Shown here one piece after another: positions 57,073-64,000 of a stretch of DNA of 64,000 nucleotides. The position numbers and the translations under genes are program-made. Positions within the stretch are counted from its first letter, which is position 1. The number at the start of each line of letters is the position of its first letter. This stretch comes from the human T2T-CHM13v2.0 reference genome, Homo sapiens: the NCBI RefSeq assembly GCF_009914755.1, contig NC_060927.1; one strand, written 5' to 3'. Below the pieces are notes generated by a model, which made no database searches, was not told the origin of the DNA, and saw only the letters and a list, made by a program, of their open reading frames with translations.

Positions 57073-60000
57073 ATCAGTCATCTTTTTAAAAGCTCCCCTT
57101 GGGATACTAACATGTAGGCAGGGCAGAAACCACTGTTCCAGGGGTACTTTGGTGGAAAAATGAGACTCGGTGCCATGGATGAATTCACAAGTTCTTTCTA
57201 GTTCTGGCCTTCTTCCTCTTGCTTCTTCCTCTTTCTTCAGGTCTTCTCAAATGATCTGGTAATTCTAAAGTCCTACATCTAGCTCTTTCAAGAGTTACTT
57301 TTAGCTCTTGCCTGTGGGAAGATGTTCACTAGCAACCCAGGTGATAAACTCATGAGAATTGTCAAGGGTGCTTGGAAACCATCCTGTGGCCCCTGTTGAT
57401 AAGCCTGTCTCTATGTTTTCAGACAAGAAAAATGTGTGTACCTAAATTTCTTGATTTAAGATAGATATAGCCAGCTCTGCTCAGATTTGGAACCACAAGT
57501 TCTAAGGCAGCTCAGGCCTACAAATAAGAGAGCCTGCTGTAGCCCTGGCTTGGTTTCCCGACTGTCTTCCATCTAGCTCAAGCCTGGATTTTACTGAACA
57601 GGAGTCTGACCCTCTGCCTGAGCTTTTGTTACTATGCAGCCTGCAAGCAAAGGATGTGTCAATAAAGTGTCCCAGCTCACCTCGTTTCTGAGCAGGCACA
57701 TCTAGCGATCTTAATGCTCAGCATACAGGGATGCTATGAAAATCAAATTGTTTTAGTTATAAGTCCCTGTGCTCCCTCTTCCACCCTCCCAAAGAAAAAA
57801 ATGGCAAGCAACGAATGCAAATAATTTTTCAAATCGATTGTTTTATGAAAATGCCTGTTTTTATTGTATCTTTTTTAAGGACTAGAGAATCACATAAATG
57901 ACAATTCCAGAAACCATAGATTTATGACTTTTTTACTTTCCAAATATGTTGGCACGGAGTTAAAAAATATAAAATTTTGTAATTTCGGGAAGAGAATAAT
58001 GTACTTTTTTATTAAAATGGAAATGACACACTGCTGCATATCTAAGTTGATTTAGTGTTTTTATTAGTTATATAACTGTTTTAATACCTCACTAACTATT
58101 GCATTCTCCCTTAAGGTTTCCATTGTTCACATACCCTAGAAACAAATTGATAATTCTGAAAAAATAAAGTATTTCTTGGTTGTTTGCTAACAGCAGAATA
58201 GCAATCAGTCACCACAGGGTTACTACAATGGGCATCATTATATCTGGATCCTTATCAATTTCACTATACGGGTAAGTATTATTGCTGTATACCGGAACTC
58301 CTTTGGTGTTATTGCTTAATTTTAATTGTGATTGTAAAATGTGAACAATGTGGATCTTTAAACCACAATTAAACACCTGCTATACTTGTTGTCTGTTGGC
58401 ATTTAAAGATATATTGAGTATTTAAAAACTGCTGATTCAGATATTACATTGAGCATAAAAATAGATTTAATTTGAGAGCAAATGTTTGCTTAAGGAGGAA
58501 GTTACAGGAAAGTTTTCGGAAGTCAGATAGGTGAGTCCAAATTAAAGTCTGATAGGAAGACAGACCCGACAGAAAGTGTAATCATTTCGCAGTCTGCTCT
58601 TCTGCCTCCTCCTGCCGGGTCTCATGCCAATTTCTTTCAGCAGTGGGAATCTGACTCTTTGTCCCACTGACAACTTGTTAATGAAGAACCTCCCTACAGG
58701 AAGCACCTGCCCGATGTTGATGAGATATTAATAGGAGAAATAACAGAGTTACAGAGGCGCAGGGGAGTGTAGTGGGGAGAAGGGGTAATGATATCTGATT
58801 TCAGCCCCAGGTCCCAACCCAAATCAAATGTGAAAAATAGATGTCCTGGACTTGGGGGCTTAAATCCTGCAGATGAAGGGTGATTTGAAGTTTCCTGAAA
58901 TCCATATTCAGAGCGAGCATTAGTCCCTGAGCTGTGTCTGCAGTCTGTAAACAGAAGGCTTTCCTTCTTTGCTTTTTTTTCTGATGAGTAGGTGGGTTTC
59001 TCTGTCTTTTCCATCATCATAATTAACCATTCACACAGTGCCTGCAAAACATTCTACTAGGTTCTGAGTTTCCAATATCATTTAAAACAGCATCGTTTGC
59101 CTAAGCTCAGATATACTTTAGTTTTTTAGGAAAAAAGCATTTCTTGTTTTAATTTCCCAGCAGTGTTTTTATAAACAGTGAAGAAGGGAGTAGTATGGGT
59201 GGGACAATGGGGACAATAAAAGAATCTTTCCTTGGAGAAACGGGACCACAGGTTGGATGTGAGGAGCAGGAAAGAATAAAATATACTGGGTTATGTTCAT
59301 CTAAGTTTAATTTTTTACTTATAAAAAATCAAATCAAAATAGGCTTGCAAATCCCAACTTTCCATTTCAAGTAAACAAATGTGATAGTATGCCAGGGAGC
59401 TGCCTCAGCTCGGGAAGAAGGTTTAAACAGTTAAACTTTCTGCAAAGACTGCAAAATATCCAGCTAGGAGGCAAATGCGTGATGAAACATGACAGAGGTG
59501 GAACAGGCCTCTTTGTGGGTTAAATCTTGAATAAGGTGCACATGTCAATTCTATATTTATTATGAGAACATATTCAGATGTATTATAAGAATCTGGGCCC
59601 CTTTGCTCCTCCCTTAAGGCCTGTCTCAGTGCTGAGATGCATGAATGAGAAACAAACCAGACTTCAAAGAACCTTAAAAAGTAATCCTGAGGTTTAGCGA
59701 GTGTCTCTTGAGGACCCAGAAGAGGGAGTTACATGGTGTATCACATTAAAAAGGAATCTAAATCTCTTAATTTTACAAAGACAAACCATTTCCATTCCTT
59801 GTGTTTCTGTTGTCATGAGCACAATGGAAATGGCTTCTTCCCTGATCAAAGTCCCTGTAAATTGTGAATCTGAATTGACAGTGAGCAAGACAACCTCCCA
59901 GGGAACTTTTTTTCTGTCTTCCAAATCATGCAGCCTGAAGCTGCATCTCCACTTTGGCACATAGGGATGTAAGGGTGGAGGCAGGTGGGGTAGTGAGGAG

Positions 60001-60317
60001 GAATGGGGCAGGCATTAGAGAGTCAACAGGTGTATTCTTTTTAATAATTATAGATATAACCTAGTTACCATAGAACCAAATTTGAAGAATTGTCCCTCTT
60101 GGGTCTCAGTTTAAGGGACCTTTAGATATCATACTTGTGCCCAGTGAAGACACATAGTAGGTGCTCAATTTATAATTTTTTAAATGAGCGAATAGATACA
60201 GAGCAGACCCATTGAGTGGATCATGACAAGAACTGATTTATAAAGGAGTTCCAAATAACTGGCCAACCTTGCACAATGATGGGGAAAATAACTACTACCC
60301 TTGATTATGAAGGCATA

Positions 60318-60610
60318 TTAGTTAAGGTACCATCAGCTGCTATACCAGACAAAGGTAGCATTAACCACTATTACAGACAAACCCCCAAATCTCAATGGCC
60401 CAATCCCACGTGAATGTGGCCAAAACCCACAGATTCAGGGGTTTTGGGTTCTCTAGTTTGTGGTTCCTTCATCTTCAACACATGGCTTCTGAGGCTGCTG
60501 GAGGAGGAGAATGATATGAATGACTAGGCATAGAGAGGTTTATGGTGCCAGTCAGGAGGTGAAACATGTATCTCTCCTATTCACATTCCATTATTCAGAT
60601 ATCATAAATA
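60318..60610 (-). mobile_element. MaLR LTR (MLT1J-like)
   Basis: tattagttaaggta...acagacaaacccccaaatctcaatggc...tcacattccatt. Confidence 0.5.
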
Positions 60611-61029
60611 TAAACTAGCCCAGGACAATGAGAAAACAGCTTTGGTGAAAAGAGGAGAACTGTTCAAATGTGGGATAGAAGTAACCATTGCGTTAGGAGG
60701 CACACCCTGCCTCTTCCACCTGCTGAAGGAAAACATGCTGAATGGCTTGGATGACCTTTGGAATGGATGGGAACATAAGAACTTTTCTGCTCATGGCATA
60801 AAATTGAAAAGGGCCATGGTATCTCAGACTCAAAGCAGGAGGAGGCACCGGAGTTCTGTTTGGAATGGAGGGGTGCTTTCGTTTGGAAATTGCCTTGGAC
60901 CTAAGTGGGTAATGCTTTTAAATAAGTTCACAATCTCTACGATGATCAGTAGAGTGGTAATCAGAATAAACTGTTAATATATTCCTAGAAACCAAATCAC
61001 CTGTGTGCCGAGGACTGGCCTTTCTTTAA

Positions 61030-61222
61030 TCATACATATACATATATATACATTAATAAATTTATTTATATATAAATATATATGACATATACTTATGGAA
61101 TATATATTTATATCTATATTTATATATACTAATATGTAATATATATTATGGACTATATATTTTATATGTTTATGTAAATATATATAAATATATAGGAACT
61201 TATATATATTTATATATATAAA
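61030..61222. repeat. AT-rich degenerate (TA)n low-complexity tract
   Basis: Directly visible. Confidence 0.85.
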
Positions 61223-61284
61223 CTCAATGAAACACATGATACACAAGCTGCCTTTATGTCACAATCCCATGTGATTTATTGATA

Positions 61285-61828
61285 CAGTAGTCCCCCTGCA
61301 TCCATAGAGGATACATTCCAAGACTCCCAGTGGATGCCTGAAACTGCAAATAGTACTGAATCCTATATGTACTATGTTGTTTCCTATACATACTTTGATA
61401 AAGTTTAATTTATACATTAGGCACAGTAAGAGATTAACAACAACTAGTAATAAAGTAGAAAAATTATAACAATATACTATAATAAATATTACGTGAATGT
61501 GGTCTATCTCAAATATATTATTGTACTATCCTTGCCTTCTTTTGTGATCTGTCAGTCTGATAACTGAGCCAGCTACTGAGTGACTCAGCTATGAAGGCGG
61601 GTGGCATATACAGTGTGGACACACTGGAGAAAGGGATGCTTCATGTCCAGGTTGGGGCAGAGTAGAATGGTGTAAGATTTCATCATGCTACTCAGAATGG
61701 CATGCAATTTAAAACGTATGAATTGCTTATTTCTGGAATTTTGCATATAATATATTTGGACTCATGGCACTTTATCATGAGTAGCTGAAACCTCAGTGAG
61801 TGAAACCACGGATAAGGGGGCACTGCTG
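61285..61828. mobile_element. MER44B-like TcMar-Tigger non-autonomous element
   Basis: Terminal inverted repeats cagtagtccccc...atcc / ggataagggggcactgctg; TA duplications at 61283-61284 and 61829-61830; 544 bp. Confidence 0.88.
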
Positions 61829-61902
61829 TATATTCTTATACCCCTCTGAAAAAATAATTAGGCATTTTATGTTTCTTGTATGAATGGCTTGTCTCAGAAT
61901 GC

Positions 61903-61945
61903 TGAGAGAGAAAGGTGAGAGAGAGAGAGAAAGAGAAAGAGAGGG
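61903..61945. repeat. (GA)n-rich tract
   Basis: Directly visible. Confidence 0.75.
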
Positions 61946-64000
61946 AATTTGTCTAAGGGGCTTTCTAGTGCACTTCTTAGGCTAGTGTGGAAACAGAAAA
62001 ATAAAGTGGTCCATCAGCAGGGACAGTTTGGGACACATTGCTTTAGATCAGTGTCTTAATGTCTACAAGGTGGGTTGTTGTGAGAATGAAGTGGTAATTA
62101 TATCCGATACTATAAATTGCTCTACAAATGGCATTTTTGCCATTGGTGTGTTCATCGCACTGATACACTCCCAGGAAGACTCTGCCTTTTTTGCCTCTCC
62201 AGAATGTTTGAGAAAAAGGTAGAGCAGGAGGATGCACACCAGAGTGTGTTTTTCAGAACCGCGATTTCCTGTCCCAAAGGGTTTGGCCTGTGTTCTGATC
62301 CATCTGTGGTCCAGAAGTTTACTGGCTGTTTAGCCTTGCCATAGGCAGTAACGGTAGGTGGTCCCTGAAGGATGTCCTCCTCACTGCCCTCCTGTTTCCA
62401 ACTCTCTTGTTTTATTTGTCTTTAATATCCCCATGTGGAATGTTTTTGACCAAAATGATCAAAGTGATATTTCAGAAACTCAGTCTGCATGCATGTACAA
62501 GATGAATTGGATTAGGGAAAGCACAAGGAACTCCCAGGATAGCTAGCTGTTTTGATTGTCCAACCAATCATTTTATGAACTCGGTGACTGACATCACCTG
62601 GACCTTGGTATTATCAGAGTTTCCTGAATAAGGATCCTAATGCTATAAGCCCTTGTTACCCATTCCACCAGTAAGGGTGCCAGAATACTGTAGGGACATC
62701 CATTGAACTCCCAGGTATAGTCAAAGAAAAAGTCCTTTCACTACTTACCAGAAGAATGGCAAAGGGTTTGTTGACAAGAACTAAGCTCCTAATAAGGAAT
62801 AAACTATATGCAGGTTTTGAACAGTTAGCTTCCATATTTTGCTAAAATTATGGATAAAGGTATCATTTTATGAGTCTGAGCCAGAAGAGAAGTGTTAGAT
62901 ACACTAACACAGGCAGAGAAAAAGTGACACTCCTATCCAGATTAGAATAGGAGTCCTTTTCTTCAAGCCCACCTTTGCTGCTGCACAGCTTTCTAGCCAC
63001 TCTCCATTACAAAGCGCTGTTTAACACTCACTAGTGCTGTTTGTCAAGTAGTTATTGGGCACCTATTATGTGTCAGTCACCATGTTGGACACAGAGAATG
63101 CATAGAGTACTGAGATATAAACACATCTCAGTCTTGAATTGGCCACCTTGGTCAAAGTGCAGATCAAGTAATTGATGTCTGAAGTGGATAAACCAAAAGA
63201 TCTGCTAACTTGTCTGCAGAATCTCTAAGCTATCCCCTTATATCTGGTTAGGCCACCCAAATGCTACATATCAGGACATTGTGTTATATGATATAATATT
63301 ATGGCCTTAGCTTTTAGTAAGCAATTAAAAATACAGAAATATAAAGAGCATAAATTCAAGTTTTGTAACACCCGTGTTAAAGGCTTTGACCTATCTAGTG
63401 TCCTTATATAAGGGTTTGTAAAATAAATTCTTCATATAATTCAGTGCTAGTGAAACATTTCTCTCTTCTGGTATGTTTCCTTATTAGAAAATAAGGTTTG
63501 GGTAAGTTGTAAAATTTTCCTTCTAGCTTTGGCTACCAGGATGCTTAGTGCTAGGTTTCCAGTACAGGACCACATCTTCTTCACTTTTTGACACCACTTA
63601 TTTCTATTAAAAATACCTTTTTGGGGATTATCTTTTACTTTAATCCACCTCAAATTCTTAAATAAACCTTGAAATAGTATAACATACACACAGATTCTAT
63701 TACAGTTTTTGTTCTTTATAGAGCAAATTCTTTTATGACAGAAAAACAAAAATAAAACCCCAGGAGAATCAGTTCTCCATTGCAGCTCTCTTTTAGGATC
63801 CTTCCCTAAGTGTGGTGGTTGGGATTTTACAGATCTCAGTTGTTTGAGGTAGCAGAAGAAAGTATCTTCTGGGCTAAATGCTGATTGTAGCAATCTTTGC
63901 CTTACCCTAAAGCCCATTCCTTATAGGCTGATTTGTCCTAAAAGAACCGTGTCCTCCTGCAGCTCTGGGGCTCAGCCAGGTTCAGCCAGCTGAACTGTAG

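Noticed and set aside
63447-63917. 156-aa minus ORF
   Set aside because: K/N/F/I-rich random-like composition and no family similarity recognised.

Overview
Human non-coding genomic DNA (two human-specific AluYa5 copies, primate L1PA/L1PB elements). I find no supportable protein-coding exon of a host gene, RNA gene or CRISPR array, and almost all ORF-track entries are repeat-derived. Main contents: (1) an old near-full-length L1MA-type element (1-10525, minus) interrupted by a young L1PA2/late-L1PA3 copy (4145-7495). The young copy keeps its promoter, ORF0 and endonuclease domain but has lost ~2.7 kb, replaced by a 30-nt filler. (2) A PPA1 processed pseudogene nested in a twin-primed L1PB. 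(3) A fossil hAT/Charlie transposase broken up by a PDCL3 processed pseudogene and four Alus. (4) A second L1MA-type element (38732-42596) with 5'UTR, ORF1, 3'UTR and a decayed TSD, but with ORF2 removed almost exactly from start codon to stop codon (a HAL1-like 'half-L1'); this is the most striking structure. (5) MIR, L2, MaLR/ERVL LTR, MER5A/MER1B/MER44 copies and STRs. All L1s and both retrocopies lie on the minus strand, hinting at an intron of a plus-strand transcript. Repeat subfamily names come from remembered consensus features and need RepeatMasker/Dfam confirmation.
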